From NCBI GenBank assembly GCA_050115495.1, contig JASFQK010000043.1, forward strand, positions 1 to 55,553: a stretch of 55,553 nucleotides of DNA, given 5' to 3'. The DNA is from Phycisphaerae bacterium. GTDB lineage: Bacteria > Planctomycetota > Phycisphaerae > UBA1845 > Fen-1342. Position numbers and translations under genes: made by a program. Under the pieces are notes generated by a model. It saw nothing but the letters and a program-made list of their open reading frames with translations, was not told the DNA's origin and searched no databases. Below are positions 28,198 to 37,944 of this stretch, in pieces; the first letter of the stretch is position 1; the number at the start of each line of letters is the position of its first letter.

Positions 28198-28914
28198 ATG
28201 CCCGCCACCAAACTCCACCGCCCCGCTCACCGCGTCACTTTCACGGCGACTGCCTTGTCCGTGATGCTGCTCCTCTGTCTCCTGTCGCCCCAAACTGCAC
28301 CCGCTGCGGCGATACCCCCCGAAGCACTCACCGCCACCCTCCGCTACGAACCCTGCGCCGGCACAACCACCGTCCCCGCCCTCGTCACCGTCCGCGTCGC
28401 CGACCTCGAGGACTTCGTCGTCCGCGTCACGGACCAGGACGTGCTCGACACCATGATCGAAATCTGCCTCGGCCTTCACGGCCCGATGAACGTCACCGGC
28501 GACCTGCTCACCGGCAACCAGGGCTACAACCACGACGCCCTCTCCGGTAGCTACTGGTCCTGGCACCTCGACGAAGACACGGTCGCCCTCGCCGACATGA
28601 GCATGGAAATCTGCGACGGCCGCCCCTCGTTCGTGGATGGCGATCTGCACTTCTGGCTGACGTTCGTCGGCCACTACTGCCCCTGGTCGTGCGACATCGT
28701 GGCCATCGACGCCGACACGGCACTCCTCGGCGACATCAACGTCGACGGCGTCGTGGACGCCGGCGACCTCGCCATCCTCGCCAGTTCGCTGACACGGCCG
28801 AACGTAGCCTGTTGCGGCGGCATGCGCGGCAACTACTGCGCCGCCGATACCGACGCCGACACCGACGTCGATCTCCACGACTTCGCTACGCTCCAGCAGG
28901 CGGGTGCACGCTAA
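28198..28914 (+). CDS. Secreted BP74-like domain protein with a C-terminal dockerin-like domain
   Basis: FVVRVTD...GYN...WSWHLD...MEICDGRPSFV...YCPWS, followed by GDINVDGVVDAGDL...ADTDADTDVDLHDFATLQ. Confidence 0.75.
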   Translation: MPATKLHRPAHRVTFTATALSVMLLLCLLSPQTAPAAAIPPEALTATLRYEPCAGTTTVPALVTVRVADLEDFVVRVTDQDVLDTMIEICLGLHGPMNVTGDLLTGNQGYNHDALSGSYWSWHLDEDTVALADMSMEICDGRPSFVDGDLHFWLTFVGHYCPWSCDIVAIDADTALLGDINVDGVVDAGDLAILASSLTRPNVACCGGMRGNYCAADTDADTDVDLHDFATLQQAGAR

Positions 28915-29111
28915 GCCGCGCCGACTTCGACGCCCTGCTCGACCCCGTCTACGCGTTCGCTCAGGAGACCCCCGACCGCGTCCCCTTGACCGACTGGTAC
29001 GACACCGAGAATGCCCGGCGTGTCGGCTTTCAAGCCCGCTCCGTCGTCGGCGGCATGTTCATGCCCATGCTCGCCGACGACGAAACGTGGCAACGCTGGC
29101 GCGCACCCTAG
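28911..29111 (+). pseudogene. C-terminal remnant of a GtaA-like (DUF4965/DUF1793) glutaminase-family gene
   Basis: ADFDALLDPVYAFAQETPDRVPLTDWYDTENARRVGFQARSVVGGMFMPML, with no start codon or RBS of its own. Confidence 0.75.
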
Positions 29112-29815
29112 CGCCGGCGGAACACCAACAACGCCCCCACCGCGAGAAGCGAAAGCGCCGCCGGCTCCGGTACAACCATGATGCGGGCGACGTCGTGTCC
29201 GAAGAAGTCGAACGACATCGGCACGTCGCCGACACCCAGGATGCCCTGGTGCGGCCGCGTGATCACGCCGTTCTCGTCCGGGCTGCCGGACCCGCCCAAC
29301 CCGGGCACGTCGGCCGCCAGCTCCGTGTTCAGCTCCGAGCCGGCGTCCCAAACGTCGAGGTAGGAGATCGTGAAGTCGTACGACTGCGGCATGCCGGCCC
29401 GGTACAGGTTCAGGGCGTCATCGCCGTAGGCCAGTCCGATGAACCCGTCGTTCGTCATCGCCAGCATGGCAGCCAGCGAGAGATACGGATGGTCCATGTC
29501 GGCCATCACCGTCACCGACGTGCTCTCGCCGGGAGCGAGGAAGTCGCCCACGCCGAAATCGAGCACGTCCGCCGACCCGCCGGCCAGCGTCACCATCGGC
29601 CCGGTGTCGCCGCCCTCGGCAATGGCGACCAGTTCTGCCGACGCCGCGGCGCCTTCATCGAACATGTCGAAGAGGGTGCCGTGCGTAGCCACAAACGCCG
29701 GCGTGATCGGCTGGACGCCGATATTCTCGATCGTAATGGTGAACATCTCGGCCACGGCGTTGCCGGCACACAGCCCCAACACCGCAATCAAAACGAGCGT
29801 GAATCTGCCTTTCAT
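29108..29815 (-). CDS. Spondin-domain PEP-CTERM protein
   Basis: Signal peptide, ITPAFVATH, IAEGGD, MLAMTNDGFIG, WDAGSELNTE; tail VPEPAALSLLAVGALLVFRRR. Confidence 0.9.
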   Translation of the reverse strand: MKGRFTLVLIAVLGLCAGNAVAEMFTITIENIGVQPITPAFVATHGTLFDMFDEGAAASAELVAIAEGGDTGPMVTLAGGSADVLDFGVGDFLAPGESTSVTVMADMDHPYLSLAAMLAMTNDGFIGLAYGDDALNLYRAGMPQSYDFTISYLDVWDAGSELNTELAADVPGLGGSGSPDENGVITRPHQGILGVGDVPMSFDFFGHDVARIMVVPEPAALSLLAVGALLVFRRR

Positions 29816-30117
29816 GATCTACCCTCCGGTACGTGCGCCTGCGTCCTCATGGAAACATCACGACGGAAAAGAAATGCTCGACCCGTGACACTCATAGGCC
29901 CCCTCGATCGCCGCTTTCCACCGGCGGACCGAAAAAAGGACGCTCACCGCCCGGCGTCATCAGCCCTCACAGCCTGCAATCGTCCCGCACCCGCTCCCGC
30001 CGCCCACCGCAGAATTCAGAATTCCTCCCGTCGCTTAGCAGTTTGACACGCGGCGCCGCGGCACTACGCTCGTAACCGCACATTGATCCGGGCATTCGCG
30101 ATCGAAGGAGTCGGCAA

Positions 30118-30984
30118 ATGACCACAACTCTCGGCTGGGGCCTTCTCGTACTCGCCGTGTCGGCAACGTTAATGTTGTGTGTCGCCGGCGACCCGACGTC
30201 AGCGCCATCCACAACCGCCGCCCGCACCGTGCGCGTCGCCGTCTGCCAGACGCTCTGCATCGACAGCGACCACGAGGGGAACCTCCGCCGCATCACGTAC
30301 GCCGTCGAGGACGCCGCCCGGCAGCATGCGCAAATCGCCTGCTTCCCAGAAACGGCGGTGCTCGGCTGGATCAACCCACAGGCCCACGAACTCGCCGATC
30401 CGATACCGGGACCGACGAGCAAGCGTCTGGCAGACCTGGCCCGAGAGCATCAGCTCATGATCGCCATCGGCCTGTGCGAGAAGGAGGGGCAGAAGCTCCA
30501 CGACTCCGCCGTGCTCATCGGCACCGACGGCCGCATCCTGCTGAAACACCGCAAGATCAACACGCTGGACGAGCTGTTCGATCCCTCGTACACGCGCGGC
30601 ACGCCCGAGGAGATCCGCGCCGTCGAGACGCCACTCGGCCGCATCGGCCTGCTCATCTGCGCCGACACGTTCCAGGAGAACCTCATCAACCGGATGGCCG
30701 CGCAGTCGCCGGACCTGCTGATCGTGCCCTACGGCTGGGCGGCCGACACGAGCGAATGGCCCGCCCACGGCCGCCGACTCGCCGACCTCGTCGCCTCCGT
30801 CGCCAAGCGCACGCACTGCCCCGTGGTCGGCACCGATCTCGTCGGCGTCATCTCCGCCGGCCCGTGGCGCGGCAAGACCTACGGCGGGCAGAGCGTCGCT
30901 GCCGGCGCGACGGGCGAGATCCTGGGCGTCCTCCGCGATCGCGACGTCGAAGTCCGCGTCTTCGAGATCCCCCTCGGTAGCTGA
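30118..30984 (+). CDS. Carbon-nitrogen hydrolase (nitrilase family) with a signal peptide
   Basis: Catalytic triad motifs FPET, HRK and ICAD. Confidence 0.9.
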   Translation: MTTTLGWGLLVLAVSATLMLCVAGDPTSAPSTTAARTVRVAVCQTLCIDSDHEGNLRRITYAVEDAARQHAQIACFPETAVLGWINPQAHELADPIPGPTSKRLADLAREHQLMIAIGLCEKEGQKLHDSAVLIGTDGRILLKHRKINTLDELFDPSYTRGTPEEIRAVETPLGRIGLLICADTFQENLINRMAAQSPDLLIVPYGWAADTSEWPAHGRRLADLVASVAKRTHCPVVGTDLVGVISAGPWRGKTYGGQSVAAGATGEILGVLRDRDVEVRVFEIPLGS

Positions 30985-31126
30985 ACCTCCGTCAGCCGCT
31001 CCCCTTCAACGACCCCCAGAGCACAGCGGCGGCCGGCGCCGGCGTCGCCTGGCGGTTCATCACCGCCGACGGACACAGGCACCGACCGCCGCTTCCAGTC
31101 CGCGATTCGCTTCGTGGCCGCAACTG

Positions 31127-31621
31127 CTACGTCGGCGATCCCTCCTCCTCCGGCGACTCGCCGAAGGATTGCAGCGCCAGATAGCTGGGGCCGAAGCGCT
31201 TGATGTTGTCGAGCTGCTTGTCGAACTCGTCGAAGTGCGATTCCTCGTCGATGACCAGCTTCTCGAACACCTGCTTCGAGGCGGCGTCGGCGTTCTCGCT
31301 GCACTTCAGGGCGGATGCGTTGTACATGTCGACCGCCGCCTGCTCCATCTCCATGGCCTTCGCCAGGATCTCATCGGGCTCGGTGATCCGCTCGACCCCG
31401 CCCGCCGGCACCATGTCGACGTCGCCCTTCAGGAACAAGATGCGCTCGGCCAACTGCTCGATGTGGCCCATCTCCTTGATGGCCACCCGGCGCAGCAGCC
31501 CGGCCAGCGGCCCGAAACCCTGGTCATCCAGGTGGAAATGCCAGTACATGTACTGATGAACGGTCTGCAACTCCGTCGCGACAGCCTCGTTCAGCAGCTT
31601 GACACTCTTCTCCCGTGCCAT
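31127..31621 (-). CDS. bfr: Bacterioferritin
   Basis: EL...HQY, EMGH (heme Met), ERILFL and DEESH ferroxidase motifs. Confidence 0.88.
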   Translation of the reverse strand: MAREKSVKLLNEAVATELQTVHQYMYWHFHLDDQGFGPLAGLLRRVAIKEMGHIEQLAERILFLKGDVDMVPAGGVERITEPDEILAKAMEMEQAAVDMYNASALKCSENADAASKQVFEKLVIDEESHFDEFDKQLDNIKRFGPSYLALQSFGESPEEEGSPT

Positions 31622-31830
31622 CACAGACTCCCATCAATGTCCCCGTGCAGTTCACTCACACTGGTGCTTAATCTAGGGCCAACCGACGCCGATTGCCAGC
31701 CGGCCGCCCCCCCAAGGCGTACCACCCCCGCAACGGGTCCCGCGCCGGACCCGGCGTCCATATGACGACACCCGGCACCCGGCGGAGTGGTGTGCCTCCT
31801 CCGCCCCGCCAGGTGCCGGTACCGGACCCG

Positions 31831-34800
31831 CTACTCGCACTCGTCCGGAATGCCGTTTCCGTTCAGGTCCTGCGACGTGCCGTCGGCGATATCGCACTCG
31901 TCCAGCACGCCGTTCTCGTTGCAGTCGTACCACACCGGCCACCACACCGGCCCGTTGAACAGCGTCCCGTCGGACTGGCCGACCAGGTCCATGATCGTAC
32001 CGCCCATGCCTTCATCGCACTGCCAGTAGGCGACCAGACCCATCTGCGTTCCGTCCAGGGCGCTGTACATGTCCTGCCGAATCTCCTCCCGGCCGCGGGC
32101 CAGCGCCCACACGCGAACGTCATCGACCAGCCCGGCGAAGTAATGCGACCCCGCCCGCGGATCGCGACCGAGCATCGTGCTGCGGGCCACGGTGTACGGG
32201 CCGTGGTTCGACACGCCGCTGTAGCTTTCGACGCCGTCGATGTACATCGTCACGGCTCCTGTCCCCTCCACCGGAAGCTGCCGCACGACCGCCACGTGGT
32301 GCCACGCGCCGTCCGCCAGGCTCACATCGTCGTGATGATCCTCGCCGTCGAGGTACACGCGCAGGTGTCCGGCGGGGAAGGTGTCGTGCAGCTCGATGTT
32401 CCACGACGGATTGCCGTCGTAGTTGCCGATCAGGACGCTCCGCGACGTGTCGAGCGTCCGGATCCACATCTCTACCGTGAAGTCACCCACCGGCAGATCC
32501 GCCAGCGCCGGCTCCGTCCCCAGATCCGCGTACTGGCTGACGCCGTCCAGGTAGAGCGCGAACCCTTCCGGCGGCCCGCAGGGGCACTCGTCGGGGATGC
32601 CGTCGTCGTTGCAGTCGTCGCTCGTGCCGTCGGCGATGTCGCACTCGTCAGGCACGCCGTTCTCGTTGCAGTCCAGGCTGTACCCGCTGGCGATGTCCTC
32701 GTCGTCGGGGATGCCGTTGTGGTTGCAGTCGTTCATCTCACATTCGTCGGGGATCCCGTTGCCGTTGCCATCCGCCGACCCGCCCCCACCGGCCGCGTTC
32801 TCGCCGAGGGTATAGCTGGCGGCCATCTCTTCCGGCGAGAGTGCCGCTCCGTAGATGCGGAACTCCCGCACGGTGGCGTACAGGTAATGCGTATCCGCGA
32901 TGGACTTGCCCAGGAAGCACGCCAGCCCACCGCTGGTCAGGTCGTCCGGGGCGATCATGATCGACGCGGCCGGCCCGTCGGGTAGCCCGTCGATGTAGAT
33001 CTGGCCGGTGTGCGTGGCATCGTCGTACGTCACCGCCAGGTGCGCCAGGGCGTCCTGGAACAGCGAGTTCTCCGCCACCACGATGTCGTTCACAGAACCG
33101 CCAAGAGTGATCCCATATTGCGGCGGCACCGGCCAGCCGCCCTTCTTCGGCGTGAGGTACATGTACTGGCCGGTGTCCGTCCCGCACTCGAACAGGCGTG
33201 GGCTATTCACGCCGCCGTGCAGGATCAGCCACGCCTCGACCGTGAAGCTCCGCATGCTGTTCATCGTCGAGCTGATCGGCAGATCGACGTAGTCGTCTGC
33301 GCCGTCCAGCGTCAGCGCGCCTTCGACGATCGCCGCCCCACCGTTCAGCGTGCCATCGGCACCGCCGACCGAATCGGTGGCGTCGCCATCGAAGCTCCAG
33401 CGATGCAGGATCGACGGGTGCAGGTCGCCCGCGGCGACGTCGCACTCATCCGGGATGCCATTCGGCTGGCAGTCCTGGCTGATCCCGTCGGCGATATCGC
33501 ACTCATCCGGCCGCTCGTTGCCGTTGCAATCCTGGCTATAGCCGCTGGCGATATCCTCCTCGTCCGGGATGCCATTGCCGTTGCAGTCCCACGCGTCGCA
33601 CTCGTCGGGCACACCGTTGCCGTTCAGATCCAGCGACGTGCCCGCGGCGATGTCGCACTCGTCCAGGATGCCGTTCGGCTGGCAGTCGTGGCTCGTCCCG
33701 GCAGCCAGCTCGCATTCGTCGGGCACGCCATTGGCGTTGCAGTCCATGCTCACCGGCGGGGCTACCCAATCCGGACCGGCCGCGTAGCTCGCCGCGACGT
33801 CCGCCGCCGACAGCGCCGCCGTGTAGATGCGGAACTCGTCCATCTGCCCGTTGAGCAGTGGATCAGGCCAGAACGACTTGCCCAGGTAGCCGATCGTCGC
33901 CGCGCCCAGGTCGGCAGGCGTGAGCGTCACCGCGGGATTCTCCCCCGCCGGCTCGCCGTTGACGTACAGGTAGCCGTGCTGGCCAGCCGCGTCGATCACC
34001 ACCGCGACGTGTGTCATCCCCGTCGGGAACAGCTCGGCCCCGTCGACGATCTGCTCCTGCACCGACGGCGTGCGGATGGCGAAGCGCGGATGTCCACCCG
34101 TGCTCGGCGTCAGGAACATGCAGTTGCCCATCTCCGTGCCGATGTCGAAGGCCCGCTGCCATTCACCGCCCGTGAAGTTCCACTCCACCCAAACCTCGAT
34201 CGTCATATTCGTCAGCGTTGCGATGGTGTCGGCGATTGGCAGCTCGACGTAATCATCGACGCCGTCAAACGTCATCACACCATCCTCGATCACGGGCTCG
34301 CCGAAGATCGTCCCGTCCGCCCCACCGATGCCGTCTTCCGCTCCCACGGCGAAGCTGTACCGGTGCGCCAGGTGAGCGTAGAACGCCCCGCCGGCGATGT
34401 CGCACTCGTCCAGCGCACCGTTGTCGTTGCAGTCGTGGTCGAAGACGATCCCCGCCGTATTCACGGCGCCGACCGCGTCCAGGTCGAACCCATTGCCAGA
34501 CTCGACGTTCTGCCCCTGCACGCGCACGTACTGCACCTCGCTCAGTCCGACAACCGCCAGGTCGTACGAACGCGCGAAATCCGGGTTGTCGTGCGCCTCG
34601 TCACCCGGCACCGCCACCGCCGTCGACTCCGACGCCTTCACGCTCAGGAACGTCTCGCCGTCCGCACTCACCAGCACATCGACGAGCGAGAACTCCATCG
34701 CACCCCAGTCCACCTCGTAGACCGTCAGGTCCGGCCCTTCACCGTCCACGATGAGGCCGCAGTCGAAGTAGAGCGTGACGCAGTTGTTCTCCAGGCCGCA

Positions 34801-35274
34801 GTAGCTGTCGTCTGGCGGCCCGGCAACGATCTCGTCGGCGCAGGTCGTCGTGTTCTCCACGACCGTCGTCGTAAACGAGCATGGCCCGATCACGCCGGAC
34901 AGTTGGCATTCATCGGGAATGAGGTCAGCGTTGCAGTCATCGCTGTAGCCGGAGGCGATGTCCAGCTCATCCGGGATGCCGTTACCGTTGCAGTCCTCGA
35001 AGTTCACGCCGAAGACGACCATGAAGGCGGCAACGTCGTGCAGGTCGAGATCGGTATCCCCGTCGAAGTCGCCGGGCAGGCACTCGGTCGTCACCTCGTT
35101 GCCCGGCCCGCCAAGGCACGCCGCCAGCGCCGACCAGTCCGGATATTCAATCAGACCGTTACCGTCGTAATCACCGTCGCCGCGCCCTCGCTCAGGCCCA
35201 TTGGCGACACCCGGCGTCTGCAGAACGACCGCAGCGCAAATCAGAACCAGAAGAAATGCGATACCTCGGATCAT
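31831..35274 (-). CDS. Large secreted protein: N-terminal dockerin-like domain, three LamG-like jelly-rolls and DCNxNGxPDECD repeats
   Basis: GDYDGNG...GDFDGDTDLDLHD; three FDGxDDYV...TVExW...EFRIY/DVRVW units; many Cys/Asp repeats. Confidence 0.85.
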   Translation of the reverse strand: MIRGIAFLLVLICAAVVLQTPGVANGPERGRGDGDYDGNGLIEYPDWSALAACLGGPGNEVTTECLPGDFDGDTDLDLHDVAAFMVVFGVNFEDCNGNGIPDELDIASGYSDDCNADLIPDECQLSGVIGPCSFTTTVVENTTTCADEIVAGPPDDSYCGLENNCVTLYFDCGLIVDGEGPDLTVYEVDWGAMEFSLVDVLVSADGETFLSVKASESTAVAVPGDEAHDNPDFARSYDLAVVGLSEVQYVRVQGQNVESGNGFDLDAVGAVNTAGIVFDHDCNDNGALDECDIAGGAFYAHLAHRYSFAVGAEDGIGGADGTIFGEPVIEDGVMTFDGVDDYVELPIADTIATLTNMTIEVWVEWNFTGGEWQRAFDIGTEMGNCMFLTPSTGGHPRFAIRTPSVQEQIVDGAELFPTGMTHVAVVIDAAGQHGYLYVNGEPAGENPAVTLTPADLGAATIGYLGKSFWPDPLLNGQMDEFRIYTAALSAADVAASYAAGPDWVAPPVSMDCNANGVPDECELAAGTSHDCQPNGILDECDIAAGTSLDLNGNGVPDECDAWDCNGNGIPDEEDIASGYSQDCNGNERPDECDIADGISQDCQPNGIPDECDVAAGDLHPSILHRWSFDGDATDSVGGADGTLNGGAAIVEGALTLDGADDYVDLPISSTMNSMRSFTVEAWLILHGGVNSPRLFECGTDTGQYMYLTPKKGGWPVPPQYGITLGGSVNDIVVAENSLFQDALAHLAVTYDDATHTGQIYIDGLPDGPAASIMIAPDDLTSGGLACFLGKSIADTHYLYATVREFRIYGAALSPEEMAASYTLGENAAGGGGSADGNGNGIPDECEMNDCNHNGIPDDEDIASGYSLDCNENGVPDECDIADGTSDDCNDDGIPDECPCGPPEGFALYLDGVSQYADLGTEPALADLPVGDFTVEMWIRTLDTSRSVLIGNYDGNPSWNIELHDTFPAGHLRVYLDGEDHHDDVSLADGAWHHVAVVRQLPVEGTGAVTMYIDGVESYSGVSNHGPYTVARSTMLGRDPRAGSHYFAGLVDDVRVWALARGREEIRQDMYSALDGTQMGLVAYWQCDEGMGGTIMDLVGQSDGTLFNGPVWWPVWYDCNENGVLDECDIADGTSQDLNGNGIPDECE

Positions 35275-35575
35275 GATCGCTCCCTCGCTTAAACCCGACC
35301 AGGCTTGTCCGGTGACCGGTCCCCGCCGGTCACCAGTGCTAGTTTAACGGGAGCGATTCCGGTCCTCAACCGTAGGATCGTCAACCGCCCTGCGAAGCCC
35401 CGGACAGGCGACGTGATCCCGACGGGGGCAGGTGGTGTTGACATTATGAGACCATGCCCTGCTGGCGATACCGCGTCGCGGTGAAGTGCGCGCTGTTCGA
35501 CGACGTCCACAGAACTATACAAGACTGTAAGTTATTACTTCATAACGGCTTGCAGCCGTTTTCTCCCGCGCTTCT

Positions 35576-35612
35576 TTGCCGGCCTTGAAACAGCGGTTTA
35601 TAATTGCGTTTA
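35576..35612 (+). promoter_or_regulatory. Sigma70 promoter of the TetR-RND operon with a possible operator
   Basis: TTGCCG-N17-TATAAT (35576-35604); imperfect palindrome GAAACAGCGGTTTA in the spacer. Confidence 0.6.
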
Positions 35613-35637
35613 ATACGACGTGGATAGGGAGGCACTG

Positions 35638-36288
35638 ATGCCAGGACATGAAGAGCTCTCTGACGACACGCGACGCCGCGTCCTGATGGCGGGCGCCGAG
35701 ATCTTCGCGGAAAAGGGCTTCGACAAGACTACGATCCGGGAGATCGTCGAGCGTGCCGACGCCAACCTGAACGCGGTCAACTACTACTTCCGCGACAAGC
35801 GTGGTCTGTACTTCGCCGTCTTCGAGCATGCCCACCAGCATGTCACCGAGAGAGACCAGCAGGAGTTCGCCCGGATCCGGGACTTCCCGCCGACCGAGCG
35901 GCTACGAGCCTTCGTCCTGCACATGCTGCGCGGCCTTGTCCTGAGGACGCTCGCACCCTGGCAGATGCGTCTCATGGTCCGCGAGATGAGCGAGCCCACG
36001 GGCGCCCTCGTCGCCATGGTAGAACAGGTGATCCGCCCGCGGTTTGAGGGATTGTGCGATATGGTCCGCGAGCTCCTGCCGCCGGACACGCCCGCGCTTA
36101 CGGTTCGGCTTTGCGCCGAGAGCGTCATCGCCCAGTGCATCCACCTCGCGCATGCGCGGTCGATCGTCACGCAGCTTCTGCCGGACCTGGAATACACGCC
36201 GGAGGGGCTCGTCGCCATCGCGGACCACATTGCGGACTTCTCGCTGGCGGCGTTGCGGAGCTTCGCGGAGCAACGAGACGGGGTCTGA
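35638..36288 (+). CDS. TetR-family regulator, CecR/YbiH-like (DUF1956 C-terminus)
   Basis: FAEKGFDKTTIREI...AVNYYFRDKRGLY, REMSEPT and IADHIADFSLAAL. Confidence 0.9.
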   Translation: MPGHEELSDDTRRRVLMAGAEIFAEKGFDKTTIREIVERADANLNAVNYYFRDKRGLYFAVFEHAHQHVTERDQQEFARIRDFPPTERLRAFVLHMLRGLVLRTLAPWQMRLMVREMSEPTGALVAMVEQVIRPRFEGLCDMVRELLPPDTPALTVRLCAESVIAQCIHLAHARSIVTQLLPDLEYTPEGLVAIADHIADFSLAALRSFAEQRDGV

Positions 36289-36337
36289 GGAACGGACGGG
36301 CGTACGCGGGCCGGTCGGGCCGCCTGAGGTATTCCGC

Positions 36338-37942
36338 ATGAAGTGTCCTGCGAAGCTTGCGCTCCTGGCTCTCGCTGTGTCGGCGATGCTGCCCGGGTGC
36401 AGTGCCTTTCTCCCCCGACGCGAGACGGCCGACGAGGGGCGGCTGCCGCCGGCGTTCGCCGCCGAATCGGGTGAGGCCGTCGCGCCCGACCGCTGGTGGG
36501 AGGCCTTCGGCTGCCCCGAGCTGAACGGTCTGCTCAGCGAAGCGCTTGCCGAGAACCTCACGCTGCGCCAGGCCTGGGCCCGGCTGGACCAGGCCGGCGC
36601 CGTCGCCATTCAGGTCGAGTCCTCGATGTACCCCGACCTGACCGGCGAGGCCGGCGCCAGCTACGAGCGCCGCGATCGCACCACCGAGAACGAGAAGGTC
36701 TCGCTCGGCTCGCGTCTCCGCCGCACGGCCGTCGCCACCGCCAGCAGCACGATCAGCAACGCGATCGTCGCCCAGCTCAACGGCGGTAACGCCGGCACGA
36801 CCGGAAGCAGTTCCGCCGGCCGCGTGTCGTCGAGCGAAATCGGCGGCGACGTGCAGGTCTCCACCGAGACGAAGGCCTACAGCCTCGGCTTGGCGGCCAG
36901 CTACGAGCTCGATCTGTGGGGCCGCATCTGGGCGAACCGCCAGGCCGCGCACCTGGACGTGCAGACCTCCTACGACGACCTGCAAACGACGGCGATGACC
37001 CTGGCCGCGGAGATCGTCTCGCGCTGGCTCTCCATCCTCGAACTGCAGGCACAGCAGGAGCTGCTCCGGCAACAGCTCGAGACCAACCGCACGTACCTCG
37101 ATCTCGTCGAGCTACGTTTCCGCAAGTCGATGGTCTCGGCCCTGGACGTCTACCAGCAGCGGCAAATCGTCGCAGCCGTCGAGAAACAGCTTCCCCTGCT
37201 CGCCGCCCAGGAGCAGGTGCTGCGGCATGAGCTCGCCGTCCTGCTGGGCAAGCCGCCGGGCGCCGCGCTCGATCTGGGTACGTACAACCTCGACGATGTA
37301 CCGCCGCTGCCGGCGGCCGGTCTGCCCGCCAGCCTGCTCATCAACCGTCCGGATATCCGCGCTGCCTATGCCCGCCTGCGGTCGGCGGATTTCGACGTCG
37401 CCGCGGCCCGGGCCGACCAGCTTCCGGCGATTCGCCTGACGGGCCAGGCGGCCTACAGCGCCGGCGAGATCGAGTTCCTCTTCGACGACTGGTTCGCCAA
37501 CCTCGCCGCCGGCCTGACGGCGCCGCTGTTCGACGGTTTCCGCCGCGAGGCCGAGGTCACGCGCACGCGGGCGGTCGTCGAGGAACGCCTCGCCGCGTAC
37601 CGGCTGGCCGTGCTTACCGCGATTCGCGAGGTCGAGGACGCCCTGCTCCAGGAACGGCAGCAGCGCGCGTATCTCGAGGCACTGCAACAGCAGCTTGAAT
37701 ATGCCAACAACGCTCTGCGCGAAGCCGACCAGCGTTACCGCAAGGGACTCAACGATTACCTCCCCGTCCTCACCGCGCTCGAAGCCACGCAGAGCCTGAC
37801 GCGGGACGTGATCACCGCCAAACGCGAGTTGCTCGTCTATCGTGTGAATCTGTACCGCGCCCTCGGCGGCACCTGGAGCACCGAGCTCCAACCGCCTCCG
37901 CGCCTCAGCGAAGAGGGAGATACCATCGGGGCAGAGGGTTGA
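36338..37942 (+). CDS. Outer-membrane efflux lipoprotein, NodT/TolC family
   Basis: Lipobox LPGC, WWEAF, ASYELDLWGRI, LLINRPDIRAA and LYRALGG. Confidence 0.92.
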   Translation: MKCPAKLALLALAVSAMLPGCSAFLPRRETADEGRLPPAFAAESGEAVAPDRWWEAFGCPELNGLLSEALAENLTLRQAWARLDQAGAVAIQVESSMYPDLTGEAGASYERRDRTTENEKVSLGSRLRRTAVATASSTISNAIVAQLNGGNAGTTGSSSAGRVSSSEIGGDVQVSTETKAYSLGLAASYELDLWGRIWANRQAAHLDVQTSYDDLQTTAMTLAAEIVSRWLSILELQAQQELLRQQLETNRTYLDLVELRFRKSMVSALDVYQQRQIVAAVEKQLPLLAAQEQVLRHELAVLLGKPPGAALDLGTYNLDDVPPLPAAGLPASLLINRPDIRAAYARLRSADFDVAAARADQLPAIRLTGQAAYSAGEIEFLFDDWFANLAAGLTAPLFDGFRREAEVTRTRAVVEERLAAYRLAVLTAIREVEDALLQERQQRAYLEALQQQLEYANNALREADQRYRKGLNDYLPVLTALEATQSLTRDVITAKRELLVYRVNLYRALGGTWSTELQPPPRLSEEGDTIGAEG

Positions 37943-37944
37943 CC

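Noticed and set aside
29816..30117. Sigma54 promoter upstream of the PEP-CTERM gene
   Set aside because: No TGGCAC-N5-TTGC match found by eye.
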